Assembly: GCA_963740315.1 (NCBI GenBank)
Contig: CAVUDP010000004.1
Span: 640,001 to 704,000 of the forward strand
Source: an uncultured cyanobacterium
GTDB lineage: Bacteria > Cyanobacteriota > Cyanobacteriia > Cyanobacteriales > Nostocaceae
Reading direction: 5' to 3'
Length of the DNA stretch: 64,000 nucleotides
Numbering within the stretch: the first letter of the stretch is position 1; each line of letters opens with the position of its first letter. Of the stretch, positions 42,198 through 52,751 are shown in pieces. A program made the translations under genes and the position numbers. The notes under the pieces were generated by a model that saw nothing but the letters and a program-made list of their open reading frames with translations, was not told the origin of the DNA and made no database searches.

Positions 42198-42322
42198 AAA
42201 CCGCAGAGACGCTGAGTACGCAGAGGGAAGAGATTGTAAAGAGATTATTAGTCTTGTAGGGTGTGTTAGACGCACGATTATGTAATGGGTTCGCGTAAAA
42301 TCTGAATGCGTCTACCGCACCA
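42198..42322 (+). repeat. Paired small repeats: AAACCGCAGAGA element plus family B GTAGGGTGTGT hairpin
   Basis: Same arrangement as at 12851-12961. Confidence 0.75.
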
Positions 42323-42542
42323 TCTGGAGTTGCTGCGGAAAGAAAGTTATGAATCAAAAAAATTCAGGGTTGTAGAGTCGGTGATGTTGTTGGATTTTTT
42401 GGATGGCATCGCAAAAGTAAGTATATTTGGCTTTGATTTGTATTTTCCACAGTTGTGGAATAATTTTAAAAATTTCAATTTTAAATGCTCAATTGTAACC
42501 AATGTCAAAAAGTTTATTAACTCAAAAGAATTGAAAGTTAAC

Positions 42543-43060
42543 TCATACCCATTCAGCATCTTCAAGAATTGTTCCTTCAACGTCGGCTCCGTCAAAGCTA
42601 ATACAAACAAGGTCAGCGTTAGTAAAATTAACATCAAGTGAGCAAGCATTATCGAAGCAACTTCCTGTACAATTAGCCCAACTAAAATTAGCGAAACTTA
42701 AATCGGAGTAATCGAAATTGATGTAACTCATATCAGCATCCCGGAAATTAGTATTTCTGAGAACAGCATATCTAATACAGCTATAACCTCCACCGGGATT
42801 ACCAAGCTCATTACTGCTATACTTCCCTGGGAACATACACATTTGAGGGATCTCCTAAATTTGAGAGAAAGACTTCTTCCATAGTATCCACTAAGATCGG
42901 CACCACTAAAATTAACTGTACTAAGATCGGCACGCTCCAAATTAATTCCAGTCAAAACTGCTCCACTCAAATTGACTCCATTCAAGTCAACTCCAGCAAA
43001 ATCACGCTCTCCAGCAGCATAACGCTCTAACAACTCCTCAGCAGTCATCTTCCAACTCAT
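42543..43060 (-). pseudogene. Frameshifted pentapeptide-repeat protein
   Basis: ORF 42728-43060 carries the N-terminal repeats (MTAEELLERYAAGERDF). Overlapping ORF 42543-42842 carries the remaining repeats (NTNFRDADMS...ANFSWAN) in another frame. The shift lies near 42840-42880. Confidence 0.75.
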
Positions 43061-43182
43061 AATTTGTAACGCTTCAATTAATATAGGTAGAAATTAGTAA
43101 TTGAATATTATTATCTTATAAATATCCATAATTCTCAGCGTACCTAGCGCGTTAACCTCCGCGTACCTTTGCGTTTAAAAAA

Positions 43183-43893
43183 GTGTTCTCAAATCCCTCA
43201 AAAACCTGGCTAGCATTAATAATCGGCAACTCCCGCTTACACTGGGGTTTATTCAACCAAGAAACTCTTATAAAAGCTTGGGATACCAATTATTTATCTT
43301 CCCCCTCTCCCCCCTCTCTCCCTCTCTTCATAGCTTCCGTAGTTCCTACACAAACAAAACTTTGGAAAAATCACCCCAACGTCAACTTTATTACCTTAAA
43401 CGAAATCCCTCTCAACAACCTATATCCCACATTAGGAATCGATCGCGCCTTATCATTACTTGGTGCTGGTGAAACTTGGGGTTTTCCAATATTAGTAATT
43501 GATGCCGGAACCGCACTTACTTTTACAGGTGCCGATAATCACCGTAATTTAATTGGTGGCGCAATATTACCGGGATTGGGTTTACAATTTTCAACTCTTA
43601 CCAACAAAACCGGACAATTACCAAATATAGAATTACCACAACAGCTTCCATCACGATATGCAGTAAATACTTCAGAAGCAATCCAAAGCGGAATTATCTA
43701 CACAATACTTGCAGGAATCAAAGATTTTATTGCAGCGTGGTGGCAAGATTTCCCTGAAAGTAAAGTTGCTATCACAGGTGGCGATCGCGCTTTATTATTT
43801 AATTATCTAAAATCGCAATATCCAGAAGTTGCAGCGAAAATAATTGTAGAAAAAAACCTAATTTTATGGGGAATACAAAAAACAATAATGTAG
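43183..43893 (+). CDS. coaX: Type III pantothenate kinase
   Basis: [31 protein letters not shown] and TGGD motifs. Confidence 0.92.
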   Translation: MFSNPSKTWLALIIGNSRLHWGLFNQETLIKAWDTNYLSSPSPPSLPLFIASVVPTQTKLWKNHPNVNFITLNEIPLNNLYPTLGIDRALSLLGAGETWGFPILVIDAGTALTFTGADNHRNLIGGAILPGLGLQFSTLTNKTGQLPNIELPQQLPSRYAVNTSEAIQSGIIYTILAGIKDFIAAWWQDFPESKVAITGGDRALLFNYLKSQYPEVAAKIIVEKNLILWGIQKTIM

Positions 43894-43915
43894 AGACGTA
43901 GCAGTGCTACGTCTC
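43890..43915 (+). repeat. REP-like palindrome GTAGAGACGTAGCAGTGCTACGTCTC (family C); supplies the coaX TAG stop
   Basis: Same core as 38386-38410. Confidence 0.8.
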
Positions 43916-43963
43916 CCCACAAATTTAATACATACGCAAAAATGTAACTTAATTAAACATTAA

Positions 43964-44653
43964 TTAAACAGCCCGATTCAATTCACGTTTAAACAACAAA
44001 CCCATACCAATAATTCCAAAAGCAAACATACTTAAACTAGAATTACCTTCAGCAACGGAAGCAGTTTTAGAAGTAATATTAGAACTTGTAAAAATCTCGC
44101 GCTTAACTTCTAAACTTTGAGTTTCGGGATTAAAATCAAAGAATTCAATCCTTTCTGTAGAGTAAGAATTCACATCATCGGAAAGTTCGGGAAGTTGTGA
44201 AACATCACCCGTATAAAATATCGGAATGCTAAAACTACAAGTAAAAACTCCTTCCGAACATTCAGAAGGATAAACTACACCGCTAAGAGTTGTTCCCGCA
44301 GGAAACAAAGCACCACCAGGAGGAGGAGTTACGGGAGAATCGGGAGGTGGTGGAGTTGGATTGGTAAGTATTTGATAGTCAGCAGTTTCACCGTTGAAAT
44401 TCAAACCTCTCTCCGGTACTGATAAATCAAAGTCAGAAACAGCATCACTATATAAAATTCCCGTACCAAATCCAAAATCGGCTGGTACATCGGAAGCTTC
44501 AGTATCTGTATCTAAAGTTAAACTACCCTTTACGCCGTTTTCGTTTTCAAAGCTAAAGTCTAATAAAGCTGCTTCTGCTGGTGTAATGCTTCCAGTTCCC
44601 AAAGCCAAAGATACTACCCCACCAGCAGCTATTATTAATTGTTTGATTTGCAT
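43964..44653 (-). CDS. Secreted protein with a PEP-CTERM-like sorting tail
   Basis: Signal peptide ending PAEAA; C-terminus SVAEGNSSLSMFAFGIIGMGLLFKR (VPEP variant, TM helix, basic residues). Confidence 0.7.
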   Translation of the reverse strand: MQIKQLIIAAGGVVSLALGTGSITPAEAALLDFSFENENGVKGSLTLDTDTEASDVPADFGFGTGILYSDAVSDFDLSVPERGLNFNGETADYQILTNPTPPPPDSPVTPPPGGALFPAGTTLSGVVYPSECSEGVFTCSFSIPIFYTGDVSQLPELSDDVNSYSTERIEFFDFNPETQSLEVKREIFTSSNITSKTASVAEGNSSLSMFAFGIIGMGLLFKRELNRAV

Positions 44654-44872
44654 ATAATTAACTGTAAAACTGTAATACTACTTAGTTAATCATTTATAGT
44701 TTCCGTAAATAAGAAGCTTTTATTTGTATTATTTGATTTATCTTTATACAATATACATTCCTAATAAATAAACGATAAATTTCGATAATAATCTAATTTC
44801 CTATTTAGTTAATTTGTAATTTGTAACTCCTAATTCCTAATTCCTAACTCTTAAGTCTTCACTAATTACTTA

Positions 44873-45691
44873 TTACTTTTTACTTTTAATAAAATCGCGA
44901 ATTTCTTTAGCGACATCAGTAGCGCATTTTTGAGGTAAATCATCTGCTCCGCGATCGATTATTTTCAACTCTGCTTGAAGAATAACTCTGGCATAAATCT
45001 GACTTCTAGTTAAAGCATCTGGAGCATCTTTTCCGCCTTGCAATACCAACACCGGAATCTGGATCAAATCTAATTTATCTTGCAAGAATTCCGATTCAAT
45101 TTCTGGCAACTGGCGATCGTATAACAGTTGAGTTGCCGTCGGATTTTGTAATAATATTCGTCTTTGCTGCAAATCTTCTTCTATTTTTGTGTCCCAACCA
45201 AACATTTTTGCTAAGGGACGAAATATTTTTAAAAGCTTAAATATAAATGATGAACCTTGTATTAACCGCTGCATTTTTTGCCCGCGCTTCTTCCATCCTT
45301 CTATTTCCACACCTTCGGGTGATAATAATATTAAACCTTGAACTTTCTCTGGATACTTTAAAGCACAACTAGCAGCAATCCATCCTCCTAAAGAATGTCC
45401 CGTCAAATATACTTTTTGTAATTTTAAAGCTTGCAAAAATTCAAATAAACAATCAACTTGTAAATCAATAGCATGATGAATATTTGGATATTCTGACTCG
45501 CCAAATCCTAATAAATCCGGCGCAAAACAATGAATATCTCGCGATACCAGTTCCATTATCGACACCCATTCACTGCTTTCGCACCAAGCACCGTGCAAAA
45601 AAACTACCGGAATACCATCACCAACTTCACGCCAGAATAACAACCCTTGAGAAAGCCTTCTCCGAGAGTTACGAAATAACATCGTATCCAT
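44873..45691 (-). CDS. Alpha/beta-fold hydrolase
   Basis: FLHG, PDLLGFGES and GHSLGG nucleophile elbow. Confidence 0.9.
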   Translation of the reverse strand: MDTMLFRNSRRRLSQGLLFWREVGDGIPVVFLHGAWCESSEWVSIMELVSRDIHCFAPDLLGFGESEYPNIHHAIDLQVDCLFEFLQALKLQKVYLTGHSLGGWIAASCALKYPEKVQGLILLSPEGVEIEGWKKRGQKMQRLIQGSSFIFKLLKIFRPLAKMFGWDTKIEEDLQQRRILLQNPTATQLLYDRQLPEIESEFLQDKLDLIQIPVLVLQGGKDAPDALTRSQIYARVILQAELKIIDRGADDLPQKCATDVAKEIRDFIKSKK

Positions 45692-45780
45692 CTTTAATTT
45701 AATAAACGATCGTTAAATTTAAAAAATTTTAGATTTTAGACTAAATCCAAAACCTAAAATCTCAATATTAGTGCATAGTT

Positions 45781-46275
45781 TTATGCCAATATTGTCAAGT
45801 CATTTAAATAATCTTGCAACTGGCGATAGTGATCGTGAGACATCGGTTCTTCTGGTAATGAATTGGTAGGAAAAGCCTGGATTTCCATCACTTCTAAAGT
45901 ATCTTGAATAAGCATTTCTCCCCGTACTTCCGCTTCAGCGACAATACAAATTGAATGAATTCTGGGGTCCCTATCCGGTGCAGAATAAACTCCAACCAAA
46001 CGACGAATTTCTACTAATTCCAATCCGGTTTCTTCCATTAATTCACGTTTAATTGTAGTCGGAATATCTTCTCCCCAATCTACCATTCCACCGGGCAAAG
46101 ACCACAAACCGTTGTCTCTTCGCCGAATCAGTACAATCCGACCATCGGGTAATATCGGAATTATACTTGTTCCGGTTATCGGATGACGAAAGATGATACC
46201 CAGTATTGTTTGTCCATAGCGCCATAAAGTCTGAGTAGACTGTACGGCTGCACCAAATAAAGCAGCAACGTTCAA
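45781..46275 (-). CDS. NUDIX hydrolase
   Basis: Nudix box PGGMVDWGEDIPTTIKRELMEETGL. Start uncertain. Confidence 0.9.
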   Translation of the reverse strand: MNVAALFGAAVQSTQTLWRYGQTILGIIFRHPITGTSIIPILPDGRIVLIRRRDNGLWSLPGGMVDWGEDIPTTIKRELMEETGLELVEIRRLVGVYSAPDRDPRIHSICIVAEAEVRGEMLIQDTLEVMEIQAFPTNSLPEEPMSHDHYRQLQDYLNDLTILA

Positions 46276-46955
46276 TGTTCAAATTTCTATGTTGTACTTA
46301 CTTGCTCTTACCCACTAGTTTGATTCGTACAGCTACTCATCGTCAGAGTAGTTTTGATACAAAAATACTTGTGGGTCAAGATATCAGTTCTAAGGATTAT
46401 CATCTCATTAAAAGATTAACGATAATCGTAGAATAGATTAATTTTACCATCCCAAGACTTAATATTTGTTGTTTATAACTATACTTTTTAAGCGGTAATT
46501 TATAAAAAATAATCGAGTTGTAATCGGCGTTACAATTGGTATAGTTTATACAATATAATTGCTTGCAAGGAAATTAAGCCAAGGTAAATCTTGAAAAATA
46601 ATAATTTTGGTAGTTGAAGATTTAAAGTAACCTTTTGTAATCAATATCAATTGTCCGATCGCTTAAATTATAGAAAAAGAATATATTTGTTTTAATTTAT
46701 TTTATACTCATTTTTTTTGGAGAATGTTTATGCAGTGTCTCGTTTATACATCAAGAATTAGTAGAGTATAAAAATATAAAGATCTCAGTATTTATCAAAA
46801 AACATCAGCCTTTATTTAATTAAAATTAAAAAGTCTGGTGAAGAAAAAGGCAATTATCAAGGATTATTACCGATGTAACTTTTGTTTGCTTCTCCGATGA
46901 AAACCTGCCGACCCACAATCAAAAAGCTAAAATGGTATCAACCTTGTACGAGCCA

Positions 46956-46985
46956 TTGACATCGCAAAAATAAATAAGATAGACT
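46956..46985 (+). promoter_or_regulatory. Putative sigma70-type promoter for the small basic protein
   Basis: TTGACA-N18-TAGACT. Confidence 0.45.
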
Positions 46986-47115
46986 ATATTGCTGTTTAAA
47001 ATATACTCTTTTGCTGGTTTAGGCTAGAATTGTATTAACACAGATAGATAGATAGCTAAAATTATCTATGTAATGCCTAAGTGAAAGTTAAACGTTGTTT
47101 ATTAATGAGGTGAAT

Positions 47116-47298
47116 ATGGCTAAGCGCCGTAACCTGAAGAAAGAAAAGGCGCTACGGAACCAGGCATATGCCAGAAAGTTTCGTAAACGGACTAATACAG
47201 GACGTTATCAAAGAAGGTACCAGCAAGGTTCTTCTAAGCCAGAAGAAGAACAGAATAATTCAGCATCAGATGATACAGGTGCTGCTTCTACTGACTAA
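47116..47298 (+). CDS. Small (60 aa) Lys/Arg-rich protein with acidic tail
   Basis: GAGG RBS before ATG 47116; MAKRRNLKKEKALRNQAYARKFRKR; has its own terminator. Confidence 0.75.
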   Translation: MAKRRNLKKEKALRNQAYARKFRKRTNTGRYQRRYQQGSSKPEEEQNNSASDDTGAASTD

Positions 47299-47332
47299 TT
47301 TTTTAGCTGCAATTTTTACTTGTAATTTTGAT

Positions 47333-47372
47333 TTGCGGAGCGTTTATATATACGCTCCGCAATTGCTTTTTT
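47333..47372 (+). terminator. Intrinsic terminator
   Basis: 11-bp stem TTGCGGAGCGT/ACGCTCCGCAA followed by a T-rich tail. Confidence 0.75.
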
Positions 47373-47389
47373 CAGTTAGCAGTTGTAAA

Positions 47390-47768
47390 AGGTAATGGGC
47401 AATGGGTAATGGGTAATGGGTAATGAGTAATAGGTAAGTCGTCTCATATCTTAAATAAATAACGATTAATCTTCTTACATATAACCTTGTACCTCTTACC
47501 TCCCCTTGTCTCCCCCGAACCCCATCTCCCCTTGTCCCCTTGTCCCCTTGTCTCCCCATCTCCCCCGAACCCCATCTCCCTACTCCCTACTCCCTTCCCC
47601 CCTTGTCTCCCCATCTCCCCCGAACCCCATCTCCCCTTGTCCCCTTGTCCCCTTGTCTCCCCCGAACCCCATCTCCCCTTGTCCCCTTGTCCCCTTGTCT
47701 CCCCATCTCCCCCGAACCCCATCTCCCCATCTCCCTACTCCCTACTCCCTTCCCCCTTCCCCCTTCCC
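47390..47768. repeat. (GGTAATG)n array plus a long higher-order C-rich array
   Basis: Units CCCCTTGT, CCCCATCT, CCCCCGAA and CTCCCTA in duplicated blocks. Confidence 0.9.
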
Positions 47769-49145
47769 ATTAATTTGAGATCGAGCAACTTGTAACGCTT
47801 GATTTACCTGCTCGAAACCCGTTCCACCATAACTATTACGTGCAGCCACAACCTGACGGGGTGATATAGCTTCATAAATATCCTCGTCAAATTTGGGATG
47901 TAGTTGCTTCCATTCTTCTAAGCTCAAATCTTTTAAAAGTTTACCAGCGGCAATACTAGTTTTTACCACCTTACCAACGAGATTGTAGGCTTCTCGGAAG
48001 GGAACACCCTTTGCTGCGAGATAATCTGCTACATCGGTAGCATTAGAAAAATCAGAAGCTACAGCAGATGCTAACCGTTGAGTGCGAAATTCCAAGCCTT
48101 CCCGCAGCAAAATAGTCATTGCCGATAAACAAGCTTTAACTGTATTTACCCCATCAAATAAAGCTTCCTTATCTTCTTGCAAATCTTTGTTATACGCCAA
48201 GGGCAATCCTTTCATCATCACCAACATCGCTTGAAGATGACCGAATACCCTGCCCGTTTTACCCCGCACCAACTCCGGTACGTCGGGGTTTTTCTTTTGA
48301 GGCATAATACTCGAACCCGTCGCGCAGCTATCTTTGAGGGTGACAAAGCCAAATTCCTCAGAAGCCCATAAAATTACCTCTTCCGACAAACGGCTGAGGT
48401 GAACCATAATTAAACTCGCAGCACTCAAAAATTCAATCGCAAAATCGCGATCGCTAACTCCATCAAGGCTGTTATCGTAAACGCGATCGAAATTTAATAA
48501 TTTGGCGGTGTAATGTCTGTCGATCGCAAAAGTAGTTCCTGCCAAAGCACCACAACCCAAAGGTGAAATATTTACACGGCGGTAAACATCTCCAAGGCGT
48601 TCCCAATCTCGTTGCGTCATTTGGAAATAAGCCAAGAGATGATGAGCCAGACTTAGAGGTTGAGCGCGTTGTAAATGAGTGTAGCCCGGAATCAAAGTTT
48701 CAACGTTTTTATCGGCAATATCGACTAAAACAGTTTGAAATTCCCGTAACTGCTCGCGAATTTGCTGAATCTGTTCGCGTAAATAAAGTCTCGTATCCGT
48801 GCCTACCTGGTCATTACGAGAACGTCCCGTATGCAGCTTTTTACCGACATCTCCGACAATTTCCACCAAACGATGTTCGACAGCAAAATGTACATCTTCC
48901 GAATCGACATCTGGATTAAAATTACCATTCCGGTATTCCTGGCGAATTTGCTCCAAACCAGCAACCAACTGCTCCCCTTCAAGCGATGAGATAATACCGC
49001 ACTTAGCCAGCATTGTGGCATGAGCAACCGAACCAGTTAAATCGTATTCAATTAATTCAATATCGAAATGGATGCTGGCATTAAAGCGAGCGATCGTAGG
49101 ATGCAACGCTGATTCAAACCGCTGGCTCCAAGTTTGTTGTGTCAT
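47742..49145 (-). CDS. argH: Argininosuccinate lyase
   Basis: [21 protein letters not shown] and [12 protein letters not shown]. True start [10 protein letters not shown] at 49145. Confidence 0.97.
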   Translation of the reverse strand: MTQQTWSQRFESALHPTIARFNASIHFDIELIEYDLTGSVAHATMLAKCGIISSLEGEQLVAGLEQIRQEYRNGNFNPDVDSEDVHFAVEHRLVEIVGDVGKKLHTGRSRNDQVGTDTRLYLREQIQQIREQLREFQTVLVDIADKNVETLIPGYTHLQRAQPLSLAHHLLAYFQMTQRDWERLGDVYRRVNISPLGCGALAGTTFAIDRHYTAKLLNFDRVYDNSLDGVSDRDFAIEFLSAASLIMVHLSRLSEEVILWASEEFGFVTLKDSCATGSSIMPQKKNPDVPELVRGKTGRVFGHLQAMLVMMKGLPLAYNKDLQEDKEALFDGVNTVKACLSAMTILLREGLEFRTQRLASAVASDFSNATDVADYLAAKGVPFREAYNLVGKVVKTSIAAGKLLKDLSLEEWKQLHPKFDEDIYEAISPRQVVAARNSYGGTGFEQVNQALQVARSQINGKGEGGRE

Positions 49146-49159
49146 AGATTGGGAATGAT

Positions 49160-49424
49160 GAGGGAGAGGGGGAAGATGGGGGAGATGGGGGAGATGGGGG
49201 AGATGGGGAGATGGGGGAGATGGGGGAGATGGGGAGATGGGGGAGATGGGGAGAGGGGGGAGATGGGGAGACAAGGGGACAAGGAGAAATATAAATTACT
49301 AATTCTTAACTCCTAACTCCTAACTCCTAACTCCTAACTCATAACTGGTAACTGGTAACTGGTAACTGGTAACTGGTAACTGGTAACTGGTAACTGGTAA
49401 CTGGTAACTGCTCACTGCTCACTG
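49160..49424 (+). repeat. Composite repeat: (GGGGAGATG)n, (CTCCTAA)n, (ACTGGTA)n
   Basis: Directly visible. Confidence 0.92.
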
Positions 49425-49676
49425 TTAACCGTAGCTTGTTAAATTGCGAATTAAATAACCGACAACTAATCCAATTAAAAGCGCCCAAATTTGACCTGTT
49501 TCAACAAAGTTATTCCAAGCTTTTTGTACTTGACCTAAAAGGTCGGGGTCGGTGACATTTTGAGCTAACACTGTCCAGTTTACAGGTATTCGGCTCTGAG
49601 CATTAACAGTATTTGATAATAAAATTGTTGTCCACAAACTAATAGCAAATCCACCCAAGAGCGACGCTCGTTTCAT
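49425..49676 (-). CDS. Small conserved membrane protein
   Basis: LAQNVTDPDLLGQVQKAWNNFVETGQIWALLIGLVVGY; hydrophobic C-terminus. Confidence 0.7.
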   Translation of the reverse strand: MKRASLLGGFAISLWTTILLSNTVNAQSRIPVNWTVLAQNVTDPDLLGQVQKAWNNFVETGQIWALLIGLVVGYLIRNLTSYG

Positions 49677-49726
49677 TTTTAACTTACCTATTGGTTAGCA
49701 TCACCGTGATAGCTCAAAGATGTAAA

Positions 49727-50503
49727 TTATGGCATCCGTAATTTCTCGGCTGAGCGCAAAATCTGTCCGGCTAAAACGGCTGCACCAAATCCATTGTCTA
49801 TATTCACTACTCCTATACCCGCCGCACAAGAGTTAAGCATTGTTAGTAAAGGTGCCAGTCCACCAAAGCTTGCACCATAACCGATGCTGGTGGGTACGGC
49901 AATTACGGGGGAGTCTGCTAAACCTGCTACAACACTCGGTAAAGCGCCTTCCATACCAGCTACAACAATTAATACAGATGCCGATTCAATCACGTGGCGA
50001 TTACTTAACAAACGATGAATTCCCGCGACTCCCACATCCCACAACCGCTGCACCTCGAAACCGCAAAGCTCTGCGGTAACTGCGGCTTCTTCGGCAACTG
50101 GTAAATCAGCAGTTCCAGCAGAAAGAATACCAATTCTACCGGAATATCGAACTTCAATTTTAGGAGGTGCGATCGCGCAGATTCGAGCAGATTGGTAATA
50201 ACGTAAATCCCTAATTTTTGGTTGTAGAGTAGCGAAAACGGACGGAGTAATGCGAGTTGCCATCACAACCTTATTTTTTAAACGCATCACCTCCATAATC
50301 CGGGCAATTTGTTCGGGAGTTTTATCTTGACCCCAAATGACTTCGGGGAAACCAGTTCTTAAAGAGCGGTGATGGTCAATTTTGGCAAAATCTTCAACTG
50401 CTTCGTAATCTAAATTTTTTAATTGCGAAAACGCAGCATCAGTTGATAACTTACCGCTGGCAACGTCATTTAGTAAAGATTGTAGAGCTTTTTCATCAGT
50501 CAT
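49727..50503 (-). CDS. larB: PurE-related LarB / circadian phase modifier CpmA family protein
   Basis: SAGTADLPVAEEA, DVGVAGIHRL, VAGMEGALPSVV and VVNIDNGFGAA. Confidence 0.92.
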   Translation of the reverse strand: MTDEKALQSLLNDVASGKLSTDAAFSQLKNLDYEAVEDFAKIDHHRSLRTGFPEVIWGQDKTPEQIARIMEVMRLKNKVVMATRITPSVFATLQPKIRDLRYYQSARICAIAPPKIEVRYSGRIGILSAGTADLPVAEEAAVTAELCGFEVQRLWDVGVAGIHRLLSNRHVIESASVLIVVAGMEGALPSVVAGLADSPVIAVPTSIGYGASFGGLAPLLTMLNSCAAGIGVVNIDNGFGAAVLAGQILRSAEKLRMP

Positions 50504-50507
50504 AGAA

Positions 50508-50845
50508 GAGAGGGGGAGAGGGGGAGAGGGGGAGATGGGGAGATGGGGTTCGGGGGAGATGGGGAGAGGGGGACAAGGGGAGATGGGGACAAGGGGACAA
50601 GGAGATGGGGAGAGCAGGGGGGCAGAGGCGGCGGAGGAGGCAGGGGAAGCAATTAATTTTTTTACAAGAAAATTATTGATTTATTTATTTTCTTCCTCCG
50701 CTTCCTCCGCTTCCTCCGCTTTCTTAACTCCTAACTCCTAACTCCTAACTCCTAACTCCTAACTCCTAACTCCTAACTCCTCACTCCTAACTCCTAACTC
50801 CTAACTTTAACCCTTTGACATGCAGACCTTTGACATGCAGACCTG
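50508..50845 (+). repeat. Composite repeat: G-rich tract, (CTTCCTCCG)3, (CTCCTAA)n, (CCTTTGACATGCAGA)2
   Basis: Directly visible; the 15-mer doublet also occurs near 26872-26904. Confidence 0.9.
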
Positions 50846-50849
50846 TAAC

Positions 50850-52625
50850 TTATTCTTGAGTGATTTTAACTTCGTCAATATTCCAGAAAGCACCGCCGAT
50901 CGCATTGAATTGGGTGCCTTCAATATTGTTGCGTATGGCTGCTAGTGAGAGGGGATTAACTAAGTAGATAAAAGGTAAGTTTTCTTGAGTAATTCTTTGG
51001 GTTTCGGCGTATATTTCCTTAACTTTGGCTTCGTCTAATTCTTGTGAAGCTTTGACATAAAGCTGTGCGATTTCTTTTTCCCAAGGCGAAACTTCCCAGC
51101 CTTCAATTGGTTTCTGTCCGGCTTGGGGTTTCTGATTAAACATATGCAAACCGCCTTCGGGTTTCCATACGTTAGCACCGTCATTTGGTTCCAAACCACC
51201 TGTTAAACCAAGTAACGCCATGTCAAAATCTAAAGTATTCGAGACTTTATCTAAATAAGTATTCCAAGCAAGAGGTGTAAAATCAACTTGAATGCCGATT
51301 TTGCTCAAATCAGATTTAATTTGCGCTCCCATTGCTTCGCGAATTTTATTACCGGAATTTGTTAATAAAGTGAAGCGGACGCGATTTCCTTTTTGGTCTA
51401 ATAATTGACCTTGGGAATTAGATTTAAATCCGGCTTTTTTGAGTAATTCTCTCGCCTTATTTAAATTGTAATCGTAGACTTTTAAGCCTTTTTCTGGAGA
51501 AAGATAATAGGGACTTTGTACGGAAATTGGCGAATTTTGCGTTTGACCTAAACCGCGAAATGTGTTGTTAATCATGGTTTGGCGATCGATGGCGTAAGCT
51601 ACGGCTTGACGGAATTCCTTGGAATTAAACCATTTTGATTTTACCGGATCGACTAAAGGCTTGCCGTTTCTACTGCCTTTATTTAAATTAAAAAATACAA
51701 AAGATGTACCAGTAGCAGGACCACCGTTTTCAATTTTAAAATTACCGCGCTTTTCTTCTCGTTTAAGTAAAGAAAAATAATCTGGTGTTACCCCGATATA
51801 ATCCAAGCTACCGGAACGAAATTGCAGCAACGAAGTATCTTGAGATTCGACAATTTCCCAGTTTACTTTTTTAATATAAGGTTTGCCTTTTTTCCAGTAA
51901 TAAGGATTGCCCTCAAATACAACACGTTGAGTAGTATTGTAGCGACCTAATTTGTAGGGACCATTAGTAACAATCTCGTTAACGGGGGTATCAACATCCC
52001 ATTTTTGTAAAAATAACGGTTTTCCTTCTGAATCTTTCTTTTCTACCGATTCTCGTAAAGCATGAGCCGGTAAAATAGGAGTTCCCATATTTTGTAAGAA
52101 AGGTCGAAAAGGTTCGGGTAAAGTAAATTCTACTTGGCGATCGCTGAGTTTTCTAACAAGGGGTAACTGTCCGCTTTCCCCAATTTTAAAAGCGTCTTTA
52201 GTATCGGTGGGAATTTCTTTATTAAAGTAAATCTGGTTATAGGTAAATACAACATCTTCAGCGGTTAAAGGTTTACCGTCAGACCATTTCAAATTCTCGC
52301 GCAGGGTAAAAACAAACCGCAAGCCGTCATCGGAAATTTTCCAAGATTCAGCTAATTCTGGCTCAATTTCTCCAGATATAATGTTTTGAGTAGTTAACCC
52401 GGTAAAAGTGTAGGGAAAAATATTAGGAGACTCTTGAGAAAGAGCATAGTTAAAAGTTTTCGGATCGCTCAGAATACTAAGTATCAACTCCGGTGTTTTT
52501 TGCGCCGCTTCGCTTTTAAAGTTAGCTGGATTGCAAGCAGCAACCGAAAGTGCCGTTATAGTTGCCAGAATCACTGGTAAACGCAAACGCCGAAAGTTGG
52601 AAAATAAAGAAAAAATTATTAGCAT
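50850..52625 (-). CDS. ABC transporter substrate-binding lipoprotein, family 5 (peptide/nickel type)
   Basis: Lipobox VAAC; DPKTFN; PELAESW...FTLRENLKWSDGKPLTAEDVVFT. Confidence 0.92.
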   Translation of the reverse strand: MLIIFSLFSNFRRLRLPVILATITALSVAACNPANFKSEAAQKTPELILSILSDPKTFNYALSQESPNIFPYTFTGLTTQNIISGEIEPELAESWKISDDGLRFVFTLRENLKWSDGKPLTAEDVVFTYNQIYFNKEIPTDTKDAFKIGESGQLPLVRKLSDRQVEFTLPEPFRPFLQNMGTPILPAHALRESVEKKDSEGKPLFLQKWDVDTPVNEIVTNGPYKLGRYNTTQRVVFEGNPYYWKKGKPYIKKVNWEIVESQDTSLLQFRSGSLDYIGVTPDYFSLLKREEKRGNFKIENGGPATGTSFVFFNLNKGSRNGKPLVDPVKSKWFNSKEFRQAVAYAIDRQTMINNTFRGLGQTQNSPISVQSPYYLSPEKGLKVYDYNLNKARELLKKAGFKSNSQGQLLDQKGNRVRFTLLTNSGNKIREAMGAQIKSDLSKIGIQVDFTPLAWNTYLDKVSNTLDFDMALLGLTGGLEPNDGANVWKPEGGLHMFNQKPQAGQKPIEGWEVSPWEKEIAQLYVKASQELDEAKVKEIYAETQRITQENLPFIYLVNPLSLAAIRNNIEGTQFNAIGGAFWNIDEVKITQE

Positions 52626-52692
52626 TTAGGTAGATATAGGAGTAGTTGTTATATAGATTGTGATTGTAGCGAAACTTAAATATTTTATGTTC

Positions 52693-52747
52693 GTAGTAAG
52701 GGCTTTAGCCCTTCATATTCCGGAAGAGGGCGGTCATCCCTTACTAC
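52693..52747. repeat. REPIN-like doublet (family A)
   Basis: gtagtaagggctttagccct...cccttactac. Confidence 0.8.
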
Positions 52748-52751
52748 GAAA

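Noticed and set aside
42306..42649. ORFs 42306-42641 (+) and 42347-42649 (-)
   Set aside because: They overlap the pentapeptide pseudogene and repeat elements and show no recognisable motifs; probably spurious.
47344..47795. Several Pro- or Gly-rich ORFs
   Set aside because: Translations of the C/G-rich tandem array; no independent evidence of coding.
49146..49274. Pro/His-rich N-terminal extension of ArgH; similar extensions on Flv1 (40124-40261) and CphA (55947-56129)
   Set aside because: Read-through of upstream repeats or UTR from alternative start codons; the conserved N-termini begin downstream.
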